The notes under the pieces: model-generated
Seen by the model: only the letters and a program-made list of their open reading frames with translations
What the model was told of the DNA's origin: nothing
The model's database searches: none
Part shown: positions 1-10,912 of the stretch, piece after piece
How the letters are laid out: each line of letters starts with the position of its first letter
How positions within the stretch are numbered: the first letter of the stretch is position 1
Source: an uncultured bacterium
Lineage (GTDB): Bacteria > Desulfobacterota_D > UBA1144 > Nemesobacterales > UBA2774
Length of the DNA stretch: 64,000 nt
Direction: 5' to 3'
NCBI GenBank assembly: GCA_963705505.1
Contig: CAVPJU010000006.1
Location: forward strand, 96,001-160,000
Position numbers and translations under genes: made by a program

Positions 1-2619
1 AAAAAGACCGTTCCCCGCGTCCCCCTTGTGGAGCTGCCCGGTGGAATGTAGGAACCTCGGCCCGAACCCTACGGTCGTGGCCAGACGGTACTGCCTCTGG
101 ACTTTGTTCCTCAGTTTCTGGAGCGCGTCGTATGTCTCGTCCGTGGGCTTGACGTATGCCTGGAACGCAACGTAGCTCCTGCCCTTGGATTCGTCCCTGC
201 CGGGTTTGGCGTAGGAGAGGAACTTTTTAAGTGCCTGCTCGAGGCTCGTAGCCCTGAAATCGGAATAAACCGTTATACCGCTTTCCTTGAGGGTCGGCTT
301 TATCACGGGGAGCTTGCCCTTTTTCTGATATTCGGCGATCATCTTGCGGGCGAGCACCTTTGCGGCCTCCACGTTCGGCTGGTTGAAGGGATGAATGCCT
401 ATGATCATCCCCGCTATCGCGATCGCCATCTCCCACCTGAAGAACTCTCCCCCTAAGTCGTAAATATCTTTTAAGTTGATGTGCACTACCGGATGGCCCG
501 CCTTTTCGAGAGCCTTGACCTGCCTGTCGTACGTATCGTCGTGCGCGAGGCGGAGGTATACGAAGAGCCTGTCGTTCGCGTAAAACTCGGGCTGGGCAAG
601 GGGTTCCCTGTCGACAGGGAGAATCCCTTTTCCGTCCTTGCCGGTGCTCTCGGCTATGAGCTGCTCGACCCAGGAGCCGAAGCCCTGTATGGGAGGAGAG
701 GCGACGAGCGTTACCTTGTCGTGACCCGCCTTGGCGAGCTCGCCGAGTATAGCGCCCAACCATGCGCCCGAGTTGTCCCCGTCGACAGCGGGGTTGCAGC
801 TTTCGTTGTTATGGAGCATCGTAACGGCTCTCGATAGGAGCAGATTCAGATCGACTCCCTGAAAAGCTGCGGGGGGAATGCCGACGAACGAGAGCGCCGA
901 ATAGCGTCCGCCGATGTTGGGGTCGTTTAAAAAGGTCTTTCTGAATTTGAGCTCGTTCGCGATCTTCTGAAGTCCGCTCCCCGGGTCCGTGATGGCTATG
1001 AAATGCCGCCCGGCCTCTTTCTTCCCCACCTCTTTTAAAACCTCGTTATAGAAATATTTCATAAACGAAAGAGTCTCGGCGGTGCCTCCTGATTTCGTAG
1101 AGACGATGAACACGGTCTTTGACATATCGAGCCTTCGCCTCTCCGCAAGCACGGCTCCGGGATCGGTGCTGTCCAGGACCGCGACATCGAGATACCCCTT
1201 TTTGACGCCGTAGGTTTCCCGGAGTACCAACGGGGCGAGGCTCGAACCGCCCATCCCGAGGAGGAGGACGTTCTTGTAGCCGTCAGCCCTCACTTCATCC
1301 ACGACTTTTCTGATTCCCGGAAGGGCGTCAACCATGACCTCGGGTATGTGGAGCCAGCCGAGGCGGTTACTTATCTCGGTCGGGTCGTCTTCCCAGACGA
1401 GGTAATCGAAATTCCATATTTTCTGGATGATATTGTTGTCTCTTATGTTCTCGAGAGCCTTATCGACTGCGGGCTGAAATGCGCCTAACGAAGCGGAATA
1501 CGGTTTTTTGCCCGAAAGTATCTGCTCCTTTTTTTCCTCTATGCTCGACATGAGAGTCTTGAAGGAGTCCGCGAATTGATCCACTCCATCCTTGAGCAGC
1601 CGGTTTGTCACCGCCTTTAAATCTATTCCGAGCTTCCCGAGCTTCGCTATATCCTGCTCTGCCTGCTTCACCCCTCTCGTGAGCGTGAGAGCGGCCTTCC
1701 CGTGATCCCTGAAGTTCTTATATGTGGCAGGGGGAACGGTATTTACAGTGTCGGGCCCTATGAGCTCGTCAACGTATAGCGTATCGGAATAAGCGGGGTT
1801 TTTGGTGCTCGTGCTCGCCCAGAGACACCTCTGCACCCTGGCTCCGGCGTCGGCGAGCTTCTTCCAGCGCTTGCCCTTAAACGTGTTTCTGAACTCGTCA
1901 TAGGCGAGCTTTGCGTTCGCGATTGCGATCCTGCCCTCAAGACCTGTTTTACCGATTTTCTCCAGTTCGGGGTCTATGGCAGTATCGACCCTGCTTACGA
2001 AAAAGGACGCGACAGAGGCGACCCTGTCGACCTTGTGCCCTTTGAATACCGAGGGGCCTTCGGCGGCGAGCTTTTCGAGACCCTTTATGTACGCCTCGGA
2101 CACCGCCCTATACTGCTCGAGGCTGAACATCAGTGTTACGTTCACGTTTATACCGGCGCCGATGAGCTCCGTGATCGCGGGTATGCCCGCTTTGGTCGCA
2201 GGGACTTTGATCATCACGTTCGGGCGCCCCAGCGCGACGAAATATCTCCTCGCTTCCTTGATAGTGTTCTTCGTGTCGTTGGCCAGAGTGGGGCTGACCT
2301 CCAGGCTTATAAACCCGTCCCTGCCGTTCGTCTCGTCGTATAGCGGCCTGAACAGATCGGCAGCCATCGCAATGTCCTTTAAAGCGAGCGCCTCGTATAT
2401 CTCGTTTACGGATTTATTCTCCGCTACGAGAGCCTTGAGGTCTTCGTCGTAATCCGAGCTTCCGGCTATAGCTTTTTCGAGGATCGAAGGGTTCGAGGTT
2501 TCTCCTCTCAAGCCCTCGTCTATCAAAGCCTTGAGCTCTCCCGAGGTGATGAAAGACCTCCTGATATAGTCGTACCAGATCGACTGGCCGAGTTTATTTA
2601 GATCCTTGATTCTGGACAT
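1..2619 (-). CDS. Bifunctional transaldolase / glucose-6-phosphate isomerase (Tal-Pgi fusion), 3' end runs off the window
   Basis: Absent from the ORF track because it has no stop inside the window. Manual translation from ATG 2619 (SD GGAG) gives [45 protein letters not shown] (transaldolase), then [43 protein letters not shown] (PGI/SIS domains). Both ends are in the same frame. Confidence 0.9.
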   Translation of the reverse strand, partial: MSRIKDLNKLGQSIWYDYIRRSFITSGELKALIDEGLRGETSNPSILEKAIAGSSDYDEDLKALVAENKSVNEIYEALALKDIAMAADLFRPLYDETNGRDGFISLEVSPTLANDTKNTIKEARRYFVALGRPNVMIKVPATKAGIPAITELIGAGINVNVTLMFSLEQYRAVSEAYIKGLEKLAAEGPSVFKGHKVDRVASVASFFVSRVDTAIDPELEKIGKTGLEGRIAIANAKLAYDEFRNTFKGKRWKKLADAGARVQRCLWASTSTKNPAYSDTLYVDELIGPDTVNTVPPATYKNFRDHGKAALTLTRGVKQAEQDIAKLGKLGIDLKAVTNRLLKDGVDQFADSFKTLMSSIEEKKEQILSGKKPYSASLGAFQPAVDKALENIRDNNIIQKIWNFDYLVWEDDPTEISNRLGWLHIPEVMVDALPGIRKVVDEVRADGYKNVLLLGMGGSSLAPLVLRETYGVKKGYLDVAVLDSTDPGAVLAERRRLDMSKTVFIVSTKSGGTAETLSFMKYFYNEVLKEVGKKEAGRHFIAITDPGSGLQKIANELKFRKTFLNDPNIGGRYSALSFVGIPPAAFQGVDLNLLLSRAVTMLHNNESCNPAVDGDNSGAWLGAILGELAKAGHDKVTLVASPPIQGFGSWVEQLIAESTGKDGKGILPVDREPLAQPEFYANDRLFVYLRLAHDDTYDRQVKALEKAGHPVVHINLKDIYDLGGEFFRWEMAIAIAGMIIGIHPFNQPNVEAAKVLARKMIAEYQKKGKLPVIKPTLKESGITVYSDFRATSLEQALKKFLSYAKPGRDESKGRSYVAFQAYVKPTDETYDALQKLRNKVQRQYRLATTVGFGPRFLHSTGQLHKGDAGNGLF

Positions 2620-2692
2620 TGTCTATCTCCCGTTATCAACAAGTTATTCAATTCAAAGGAAACGAATCACGACAACAATTCTTAAATCTACT

Positions 2693-4759
2693 TTATTTTT
2701 TTACGGATTTTTTATTTTTCTTTTTGTCCCCGTACGCAAGAACCTCTTTTGCTTTCGCCACGACGTGGTCGACCGTGAACCCGAACTCGGGGAGGAGGTC
2801 GCCTATCGGAGCGGATTCTCCGAATGTGCTTATGCCTATTACACCGCCCTGGTCGTAGGAACCCACATACCTCCGCCAGCCGAATGTGGAGCCTGCTTCC
2901 ACGGAGACCCTCGCCCGCACGGAGGAGGGGAGGACCTCCTCCCAGTACTCCGCTCCCTGCATCTCGTAAATAGACCAGCAGGGCATGCTTACGACACGCG
3001 CCTTTATCCCCTGTTTTTTGAGCTCCTCGTAGGCACCGAGGCATAACTGGACCTCGGAGCCCGTGCCTATCAGTATTATGTCGGGCTTCGGCTTACTGTC
3101 GGCAAGGATATAAGCGCCCTTCAAAGCGCCTCCGGCAGGGGCGTATACGCTCCTATCGAAGGTGGGGACGTCCTGTCTTGTCAGAATCAACGCGACGGGA
3201 CGGTTTTTCACTTTCATTATGTACTTCCACAATACGCTCAATTCGTTGGCGTCTGCGGGCCTTATCACGTCGAGGTTGGGAATGGCCCGGAGAGACGCCA
3301 GGTGCTCGATAGGCTGATGGGTGGGGCCGTCCTCTCCCAATCCGATACTGTCATGGGTGAATATAAAAATGACTGGATTCTGCATAAGGCAGGCGAGTCT
3401 GAGCGGGGCCCTCATATAATCCGAGAACACGAAATAGGTGGCCGTGTAGGGCCTCAGCTTGCTGAGCGCCATGCCGTTTGCGGCGGCGGCCATGGCGTTC
3501 TCCCGTATTCCGAAGTGAAAGTTCCTGCCGTCGTACACCCCCTTCTCGAAGCTGCCCGCGCCTTCTATGTAGGTTTTTGTCGAAGAGCCGACATCGGCAG
3601 CTCCCCCGAGGAGAAAGGGATACACGGGGACGATAGCATTCAGTATCTTGCTGTTGGCGGAACGCGTCGCGGGGCCCTTCGGGTTTGCGGGAAATACCGG
3701 CAGGCATTTCTCCCACCCCTCGGGCATTTCATGGTTCTGCATCTGGCGGAACTGCTTGGCAAAGTCGGGATATTCGCGTTCATACGAGCTGAATTTCTTA
3801 TTCCATTCGTCTTCGTTAACCGCTCCTTTCCTTATAACCGTCTCTCTATATTGCTTCACCTCTTCAGGCACATAGAATTTCTTGTCGGGGTCCCAGCCGT
3901 AATTTATTTTCGTCTTCCGTATCTCCTCGTCGCCGAGGGGCTCTCCGTGCGCGGCGGAAGTATCCTGTTTATTCGGGCTGCCGTAACCGATATGGCTGTC
4001 GACTATGATAAGGGAAGGCTGCTCGTTCTCCTTGAACGCCCTCTCTATAGCCTCAGCCAGCATCTCGAGGTCGTTCGCATCGCCCACGCGCTGAACGTGC
4101 CAGTTGTATCCCATGAACCTGGCGGCCACGTCTTCGCTGAACGCCAGCGCCGTATGTCCCTCGATGGTTATGTGGTTGTTATCATAAAACCAGATGAGGT
4201 TGCTCAGACCCAGGTGCCCCGCAAGAGAAGCGGCCTCGCCCGATATGCCCTCCATCATGCACCCGTCGCCGTCGATCGCGAATATGTTGTAATTGACGAT
4301 CTCGTGCCCGGGCTTGTTGAAATAAGCAGCGAGCCACCTCTCGGCTATCGCCATACCCACCGATGTGGCGACGCCCTGGCCGAGGGGTCCCGTGGTCGTC
4401 TCGACACCGGGGGCGAGCCCGTACTCGGGGTGACCGGCACACTTGCTGTGGAGCTGTCTGAATGTCTTTATGTCATGGAGCGACAAGTCGTAACCGGTAA
4501 TGTGAAGAAGGCTGTAAAGAAGCATCGATGCATGACCGTTTGAAAGAACGAAGCGGTCACGGTTGGGCCAGTCGGGGTTTTTCGGATTGAATTTCATGAA
4601 CTTATCCCAGATCGTGAACGCAACGGGAGCAAGGGCCATCGGTGTGCCCGGATGACCCGAATTAGCTTTCTGCACCGCGTCCATGGACAGAGTCCTTATG
4701 GTGTTGATTATCAGCTGCTCGAGCTTGTCTCTGTTTATCTTCGGCATCGATTCCATCAT
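2693..4759 (-). CDS. tkt: Transketolase
   Basis: ANSGHPG, DRFVLSNGH, TTGPLGQG, GDGCMMEG (TPP-binding) and THDSIGLGEDGPTHQP motifs. Confidence 0.97.
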   Translation of the reverse strand: MMESMPKINRDKLEQLIINTIRTLSMDAVQKANSGHPGTPMALAPVAFTIWDKFMKFNPKNPDWPNRDRFVLSNGHASMLLYSLLHITGYDLSLHDIKTFRQLHSKCAGHPEYGLAPGVETTTGPLGQGVATSVGMAIAERWLAAYFNKPGHEIVNYNIFAIDGDGCMMEGISGEAASLAGHLGLSNLIWFYDNNHITIEGHTALAFSEDVAARFMGYNWHVQRVGDANDLEMLAEAIERAFKENEQPSLIIVDSHIGYGSPNKQDTSAAHGEPLGDEEIRKTKINYGWDPDKKFYVPEEVKQYRETVIRKGAVNEDEWNKKFSSYEREYPDFAKQFRQMQNHEMPEGWEKCLPVFPANPKGPATRSANSKILNAIVPVYPFLLGGAADVGSSTKTYIEGAGSFEKGVYDGRNFHFGIRENAMAAAANGMALSKLRPYTATYFVFSDYMRAPLRLACLMQNPVIFIFTHDSIGLGEDGPTHQPIEHLASLRAIPNLDVIRPADANELSVLWKYIMKVKNRPVALILTRQDVPTFDRSVYAPAGGALKGAYILADSKPKPDIILIGTGSEVQLCLGAYEELKKQGIKARVVSMPCWSIYEMQGAEYWEEVLPSSVRARVSVEAGSTFGWRRYVGSYDQGGVIGISTFGESAPIGDLLPEFGFTVDHVVAKAKEVLAYGDKKKNKKSVKK

Positions 4760-5180
4760 GCTTCTCCTTACTAATACATTTTGAGAACGTTTGTTAATCC
4801 TGTATTAAGACCAAAAAATAGTATACGGATTCGGGCGCCGGGCTCGTTTTATTTTAAACGACCGCCGCCGGGTATCCGGGGGCGGCTTCGAATCCCTCAC
4901 GCGGCGGAAACATGCTCTCGGAACTAATACCCTCTTCGGAGTGAATCTCTACGCCGGGGATTAAATTGTCTCCGCGATTAAGCGGAAAGGAGATATAAAT
5001 TCGGAAGTGATTTTCAGCTCCGGGGGGATTATTCACTTTCCCTTGTATTAAGTGCCGAAGAGATTCCCTACGAAACAAGATTCAACCTCGAACAAGCGGA
5101 GTCTAATATTGCGGAAACGAAGAATTTGCTTTCTGCCATTATCACATATCGAATCCGATATTGCAAGAAAAGCCTTGATT

Positions 5181-5951
5181 TTAAAGCTCGGAAGCGAGCG
5201 CGGCGCCGATGATACCCGCGTCGTTAAGCATCTTCGCAGGGACTATCTTGGCTCTAACTTGTATATACGGAAAGAACTTGTCCGACTTTTTGCTGATACC
5301 CCCTCCGATAATTATCAGGTCGGGGGAGAGAAGCTTCTCCATATGCTGTAGATATTTATTCACCCTTTTCCCCCACTTCTTCCAGCTGAGCCCCTCTATC
5401 TCCCTGTGAATCTCGGCCGCCCGCTTCTCCGCATCTTCCCCGTCTATTTCTATATGTCCGAACTCCGTGTTCCGGACGAGATGGCCGTCAACGAAGAGAG
5501 CCGAACCTACTCCCGTCCCCAGGGTCACCATGAGAACGACCCCCCCGCCGTGCAGGTTATATTTTTTCCCGGCGCCGAACTTCATCTCGGCGAGACCCGC
5601 GGAATCCGCATCATTTATGACGGCAGCCCTGCAGGGGGAAATTTTCTCTATCTGGTCCCTGATATTCACCCCTATCCATTTCTTGGACAGGTTCGCAGCC
5701 GTGTAAACCTCACCGCTCTTCATTACGCCGGGGAAACCGCACCCGAGTGCGCCCTCCCATTTCCAGTGGTCGATTATGCCTTTTATAGCCGCGAGCATGC
5801 TTTTAGGGGTCGCCGGATGGGGGGTATCGACGCGGTACCTCTCATCCAGAAGGACTCCCTTCTCGATATCGACGGGGGCGGATTTGATGCCCGTCCCTCC
5901 GATGTCTATTCCGAGTACGGGGGATTTTAATTGAACCGGTTTTTTAGCCAT
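5181..5951 (-). CDS. ppgK: Polyphosphate glucokinase (ROK family)
   Basis: GIDIGGTGIK, TPHPATP, GFPGV, NDADSAGLAE, TLGTGVGSA, NTEFGH and WKKW motifs typical of PpgK. Confidence 0.85.
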   Translation of the reverse strand: MAKKPVQLKSPVLGIDIGGTGIKSAPVDIEKGVLLDERYRVDTPHPATPKSMLAAIKGIIDHWKWEGALGCGFPGVMKSGEVYTAANLSKKWIGVNIRDQIEKISPCRAAVINDADSAGLAEMKFGAGKKYNLHGGGVVLMVTLGTGVGSALFVDGHLVRNTEFGHIEIDGEDAEKRAAEIHREIEGLSWKKWGKRVNKYLQHMEKLLSPDLIIIGGGISKKSDKFFPYIQVRAKIVPAKMLNDAGIIGAALASEL

Positions 5952-6137
5952 GTCTCCGCCTTTGCCCAGATGTTTTCTTTCCTTATTCTACACCAATTCG
6001 GTATAAGATTTAAAGAAAGGGGTATATTTTCCCCGGGATCGAAAGAGCCGTGAACCGGGCTTAGCCGTATGCACCCCGTGTGCTATACTCTCGATATCTA
6101 AAATCACGGCGCACGATCGCATAACGCATAAAGAATC

Positions 6138-6852
6138 ATGAAAAAAGCGGCTTTGATAACCGGGGGCGGGACGAGATTAGGCAAAGCTATGGCGCTCGCT
6201 CTGGCTGAGCTGGGGTACGACATCGCCTTACACTATAACAGCTCGGAGAATCACGCCAAGAAGACAGCGGAAGAGATAAAAGCCATAGGAAGAAAGTGTG
6301 AGATATTCAAAGCCGACCTGTCTAATACCAAGGGCATTAAACACTTGACGGTGCGGGTATTCCGCGCGTTTCCAAACTGCTCGCTTCTCATAAATAACGC
6401 GTCGATCTTCGAAGACAGAGATTTTATGGAAGTCACAGAGGAATCGTTCGACCGGGAATTCGCTCTCAACTTCAAGGCTCCTTTCTTCCTGTCCCAGGAA
6501 TTCAGCAGGCGGAAGTCAGCGGAAATAATAGTCAACATGCTCGATACGAGGGTTTCCAAAATCGAGCCCGGACCACTTCGTTTACAACCTGAGCAAGAGA
6601 GCGCTCCGCGACTTTACACTCATGGCGGCTAAGGCTCTGGGGCCTAAAATACGTGTCAACGGAATCTGCCCCGGGCCTATGCTCCCCCCGCCGGGCAAAG
6701 ACATGAAATATCTCAAGCGTATATCAAAAGACACGCCCCTCGGAAAACCGGGGCATCCGGACTTCGTAATAACGGGATTAAAATATATAATCGAGAACAC
6801 GTACGTAACCGGAGAATGCCTCTTCATCGACGGGGGTCAGCACCTCGTCTGA
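6138..6852 (+). CDS. Pteridine-reductase/FolM-like short-chain dehydrogenase, split by a +1 frameshift near 6567-6574
   Basis: ITGGGTRLG and LINNAS lie in the first frame. The catalytic YNLSK motif and IRVNGICPG..VTGECLFIDGG lie in the next frame. Removing one base gives a 237-aa protein. It sits upstream of folB-folK. Confidence 0.8.
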
Positions 6853-6864
6853 GGGAACAAGACC

Positions 6865-7212
6865 GTGATAATAAAGATCGAGAACCTGAGATTACGGACC
6901 GTCGTCGGTATCTTCGAGTGGGAGAAGAAGGTCAAGCAGGATATCGTAATAAATATTGAGATCGAGTTCGACGGCACAGAAGCCATAGAGAAGGACGATA
7001 TCGAGTTCACGGTCGATTATAAGTCCATCACGAAAAAAATAATATCCGAAATCGAGGGGAGAGAATTCAATCTCATAGAAAAGATCGCCGGAGACGTCGT
7101 TAAGATAATTCTCGAAGACGGGAGGGTCCGGAGGGCTACGGCAAAGGTCGATAAGCCTGGGGCGCTCCGCTTCGCGGATTCCGTCTCCGTCATACATTCA
7201 GAATCGAGATAA
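6865..7212 (+). CDS. folB: Dihydroneopterin aldolase / epimerase (FolB/FolX family)
   Basis: IENLRLRTVVGIFEWEK..Q..VDYK..FNLIE..KPGALRFADSVSV; folate-pathway neighbours. Confidence 0.85.
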   Translation: MIIKIENLRLRTVVGIFEWEKKVKQDIVINIEIEFDGTEAIEKDDIEFTVDYKSITKKIISEIEGREFNLIEKIAGDVVKIILEDGRVRRATAKVDKPGALRFADSVSVIHSESR

Positions 7213-7230
7213 CCCGCCGGTATCTTACAT

Positions 7231-7622
7231 ATGAAAACCAACAGGGCTGTAATAGGACTCGGCTCCAATATTAATCCCGAAGAAAACATTCGCAAGGCAA
7301 AAGAGGAGATAGCTTCCGTATTGAAACTCGTAAAATCATCCTCATTCGTCGAAACGGAGCCCGTCGGGTTTAAGGAGCAGGATAAGTTCCTGAACGGGGC
7401 TCTCCTCATCGAAACCGATATGGACACCGGGGGCTGAAATCATGGTTAAAGAGCCTGGAGGTAAAACTGGGAAGAGCAAAGACGGACAACAGGGACGGAC
7501 CCAGGACTATAGACCTCGACATACTCGTTTGGAACGGAAAAGTGGTAGATCAGGAAGTCTATGAGCGGGAGTTCTTAAGAGAGTCTATCAAAGAAATCCT
7601 GCCAGAGCTCGATTTATCTTAA
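7231..7622 (+). CDS. folK: 2-amino-4-hydroxy-6-hydroxymethyldihydropteridine diphosphokinase, frameshifted at the G5 run 7429-7433
   Basis: IGLGSN..ETEPVG..QDKFLN lie in the first frame. LE.KLGR..GPRTIDLDILVW lies in the other frame and ends at TAA 7620-7622. Adding one G gives 130 aa. Confidence 0.85.
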
Positions 7623-8161
7623 CCCTGCCTCTTCATCAATTCATTGGACGGCAGACTCGGGTCGAGGACCTTACGTGCTGTTTCCGCTCCCGCTACCGGC
7701 AAATTATCCGCGCTTAATACACCTATTTGAACGAGCACCGTAGCCTGGTCCCAGTAAATATGCTCGCTTGAAATTTTGCCGTCCTTAAACCCGACTATTA
7801 CGACAAGCGGAAGCTCGACCTTTTTTCCTGTCGGAGGTATGCCGGGCAGCATCCAGGGCATTTCCATAATATGTGTGAACTTGAAAATAAGCTCATCGAC
7901 TACGGTGTCGCTGCCGACAGTGCGTGAAACCAGGACGAGTTCGGTATCCGGAGACTGGAACGGAATAAAGTGTTTCGAATAAAAATCGCGGACGTTTTCC
8001 CTGCCGCAGCCCCCGGTCATTACAGGCACGTGATTAACGTGAGGCTCATCGGTCATAGTCCGCATGGTTTCCTCCACATCCTTGGTCTCGAACTCGCACA
8101 TGGTATGCTTTCCCCAAATATCCACCATCTCTTGCTGCTCCGGCGTAAGCTTATTACTCAT
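7619..8161 (-). CDS. SnoaL/NTF2-like ester cyclase family protein
   Basis: HxxxEF..VNHVPVMTGG..FY..VVDE..FTH..WMLPGIPPTGK..EHIYWDQATVLVQIG, characteristic of this family. Confidence 0.8.
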   Translation of the reverse strand: MSNKLTPEQQEMVDIWGKHTMCEFETKDVEETMRTMTDEPHVNHVPVMTGGCGRENVRDFYSKHFIPFQSPDTELVLVSRTVGSDTVVDELIFKFTHIMEMPWMLPGIPPTGKKVELPLVVIVGFKDGKISSEHIYWDQATVLVQIGVLSADNLPVAGAETARKVLDPSLPSNELMKRQG

Positions 8162-8264
8162 TAAACACCTCCCTACCAGTTATGCTCGAATTCTATACTA
8201 TATTCCCTTCATCCGGCTATGCTCAACAAAAAAATCGGGCCGGATCCGGAATTAAATGACACCT

Positions 8265-9005
8265 TCATGAATTCTTCAGGACCCCGAGCGTCTTGTTCAT
8301 GTGATCGTAGTGCGACCCTTTCCAGTAAATTTTGCCACAGTCCGAGCAAATGAAGAATTCGTCGAAGTAAAGGACCGTTTTGGGCTCGAGCCTTTCGAGT
8401 ATCTTTTCCTTCTCGACCGGTACGATAACGCCGTTACACTCTAGGCACCTGTTGAAAGGTTTGATAAGCGAATAGAGACCGAACCTTCTAAGCACTTCTG
8501 TTATCTGCGTTCCGGGATCGTCCGACCTGAGCCAGTAGCCGTGGACTATTGCCTTAAACCTCAGGAGGCGGCGGTCACGGCTGAGCACGATGCGGTTCTC
8601 TCTCTCCGCGAGCCCGGCAACATCGTGATCCGTGTAATCGTTCCTGTAACGAGCATCGAACCCGAGCATCCGCAGGAGCCTCGCAAGCTTCCCGAGGTTG
8701 ACGTCCACGATAAACACGGGGCAGGGATCGCCCCGCAAGAGCACCTTGGAAGGAGCGGCTGAACCCGAGGATACCGGGTATACGGTTACGTCGTCCCCGT
8801 CCCTAAGGTGGTAACCGAACCCGACGGAGGTGCCGTTCACAACTATGGTATCCACTTCGGTGTGAGGGACTCCGATCGCCTCGATCGCATCTTTGACGGA
8901 AGGGTTTCGGTCGAAACCGTAATGTAGCGGGAACTCAATATCGGAGCCGGCAAAGAAATCACGCAACTCCCCTTCAAAATGAAAAAGCGCTTTATATTCA
9001 GGCAT
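8265..9005 (-). CDS. Mut7-C RNase (PIN-like) with N-terminal ubiquitin-like domain and C-terminal zinc ribbon
   Basis: SVKDAIEAIGVPHTEVD (Ub-Mut7C), FIVDVNLGKLARLLRMLGFD, RCLECNG..CSDCGKIYWKGSH. Confidence 0.88.
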   Translation of the reverse strand: MPEYKALFHFEGELRDFFAGSDIEFPLHYGFDRNPSVKDAIEAIGVPHTEVDTIVVNGTSVGFGYHLRDGDDVTVYPVSSGSAAPSKVLLRGDPCPVFIVDVNLGKLARLLRMLGFDARYRNDYTDHDVAGLAERENRIVLSRDRRLLRFKAIVHGYWLRSDDPGTQITEVLRRFGLYSLIKPFNRCLECNGVIVPVEKEKILERLEPKTVLYFDEFFICSDCGKIYWKGSHYDHMNKTLGVLKNS

Positions 9006-9061
9006 TAATTAACCCTGATGTTTATTTGCAGATAATTATATCCGGCGGAACAGCCGATAGC

Positions 9062-10726
9062 TCAGAGGAAGATATTTGAAAGATATTCCGTGAGGTCGCT
9101 CTTGCTCGCGGGCTGGTTCCTGAACCCGATGTAGCCGTCCGGGCGAATGAGATAGAGGCTCGATTTCGCGGCGCCGAAATCGCCGTGCATGAGGTCTCCC
9201 TCGTCCGTCCATACGGAGCTAATTTGCATGAGATCAGGCGGAAGCCCCTTGCAGCCGACGATTAAATGAGGCTTAATAAGACCAATAAACTCTTCGTCGA
9301 TAGTGGCGAGTATTTTTCTGAGCTCGTCGAATTCCATATCCTCGGGCTCCGCACCCGTGAAGATCAGGAGCTCATGCTCCGCCCCCTTAAAAAGGTCATA
9401 AAGCTGTATTCCGCTTTTGCCGTCAAGGCTGAGAAGCGTGTAGTCCCCGACCCTCTCTCCGGCTTTAAGATCATGGTGGTGTTTATGATCCCCGGGAATC
9501 TCCCCCGACCGATACCACCTCTCATCGACTATCGGGCTTTCCCCGTAGTTGATCTCTATCTGGGACAAGGTCGTGAGTATCCTTTCCTGAACCGCGTCGA
9601 GCTTCGACAGCGTGCCAACGAGCTTATTCCGTATAGCGCTCAGAACAGGGTTATGTATCCCGACCATCCTGGTAGCCATGTCCGTCAAGCCGACCACGCC
9701 CTCTCCGACGCGGTGTCTTTCCGCATTGTAGCTATCGAGGAGGCTTTCGGGCGAGCTGCCCTTGAGCACCAGAGCGAGCTTCCACGCAAGGTTATACGAG
9801 TCCTGTATCCCCGTATTCATCCCCTGTCCGCCGATAGGGCTGTGTATGTGCGCGGCGTCTCCGCATAAGAAGACCCTCCCTTCGCCGTATTTATCGACCA
9901 TGCGGTGATGGAGCTTGAAGTAGGCAAGCCAATTGGGATCGCTCACGCTTTTATAGTCGATCTCCCTCTCGCTCATGAGCCTCCTGACATCCTCGATCGT
10001 CGGCTCGGGCAGCCCTTCGTCCACATGAGCATCGGGCAGCTCGAACATTAGTCTCCCCCTGTCGCTGTAAAGCGGGAAATAGGCCGTCACTCCCCGTGGA
10101 TGTATAAAGACCGACAGGTGATGGAGGGGGTAGCTCCAGTCGAGGTTGCAATCTGCCAGGAGCCAGTAATTGGGGTAGGGGGCGCCCTTGAACTCGAGGT
10201 CGAGAACGTGACGTGACGTGCTGTGAGCCCCGTCGCACCCAGCTATGTATTTGCAATCGACAAATTCCTCGGAGCCGTCCTTTAACCTTAAGCGGGCAGC
10301 GATCCCGCTATCCGTCCGCTCGATCCCCAGAAGCTCTTTCTCGCGCTCGACCTTGACGCCGTAGGATTCCAGATGCTCGTTCAATATCCTTTCGGTGTCG
10401 CTCTGCGCAAGGATGAGGAAAAAGGGATATTTGCTTTCGAGTGTGTCGAAAATGACATGCGCCAGGGGTTTCCCGTGATTGTACATATCAAAGCCGTTAC
10501 AGATGTTGCCCTTTTTGAGCACCGTGTCCACGATGCCGATGTTCTCGAAGAGCTCGAGAGTCCGGGCGTGTATTCCGAAAGCCTTCGATTTATCCGAAGG
10601 GGCCGGGGCCTTGTCTATGATTCTTGGCGTGATTCCGTGCCTTGCGAGCTCGCATGCCATCGTAAGCCCGGTCGGTCCCGCGCCTACCACGAGCACGTCT
10701 GCGTGTGAGTCATTGGAAGCTGTCAT
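9062..10726 (-). CDS. FAD-dependent aromatic monooxygenase (class A, PheA/TfdB-like) with C-terminal thioredoxin-like domain
   Basis: VVGAGPTG, GCDGAHS, GDAAHIHSPIGGQGMNTG and LIRPDGY motifs. Confidence 0.88.
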   Translation of the reverse strand: MTASNDSHADVLVVGAGPTGLTMACELARHGITPRIIDKAPAPSDKSKAFGIHARTLELFENIGIVDTVLKKGNICNGFDMYNHGKPLAHVIFDTLESKYPFFLILAQSDTERILNEHLESYGVKVEREKELLGIERTDSGIAARLRLKDGSEEFVDCKYIAGCDGAHSTSRHVLDLEFKGAPYPNYWLLADCNLDWSYPLHHLSVFIHPRGVTAYFPLYSDRGRLMFELPDAHVDEGLPEPTIEDVRRLMSEREIDYKSVSDPNWLAYFKLHHRMVDKYGEGRVFLCGDAAHIHSPIGGQGMNTGIQDSYNLAWKLALVLKGSSPESLLDSYNAERHRVGEGVVGLTDMATRMVGIHNPVLSAIRNKLVGTLSKLDAVQERILTTLSQIEINYGESPIVDERWYRSGEIPGDHKHHHDLKAGERVGDYTLLSLDGKSGIQLYDLFKGAEHELLIFTGAEPEDMEFDELRKILATIDEEFIGLIKPHLIVGCKGLPPDLMQISSVWTDEGDLMHGDFGAAKSSLYLIRPDGYIGFRNQPASKSDLTEYLSNIFL

Positions 10727-10912
10727 ACGAGTCTCCTCAAGCGCATGATGTTGTCACTTCAATCAAAATAATTCAGGAATCCATAACAATTCGACAGAGT
10801 GTGTCGATATAATCAAATTATACATCCCGGAGAACGCCCGGTGAAATAAATGACGGATGAAGGAGGGCCTTCGGATTCGTATATCTGAGATTTAATCGGA
10901 GCCGCTTCCTTT

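Noticed and set aside
227..2452. ORF-track ORFs at 227-763, 481-837, 1976-2452 and 2035-2343
   Set aside because: These are shadow frames of the tal-pgi gene, which the track missed because it has no stop inside the window.
4854..5180. Small ORFs and a TTCGAAT T-loop-like motif in the tkt-ppgK spacer
   Set aside because: There is no paired T-stem or cloverleaf, and the ORFs lack an RBS or recognisable motifs.
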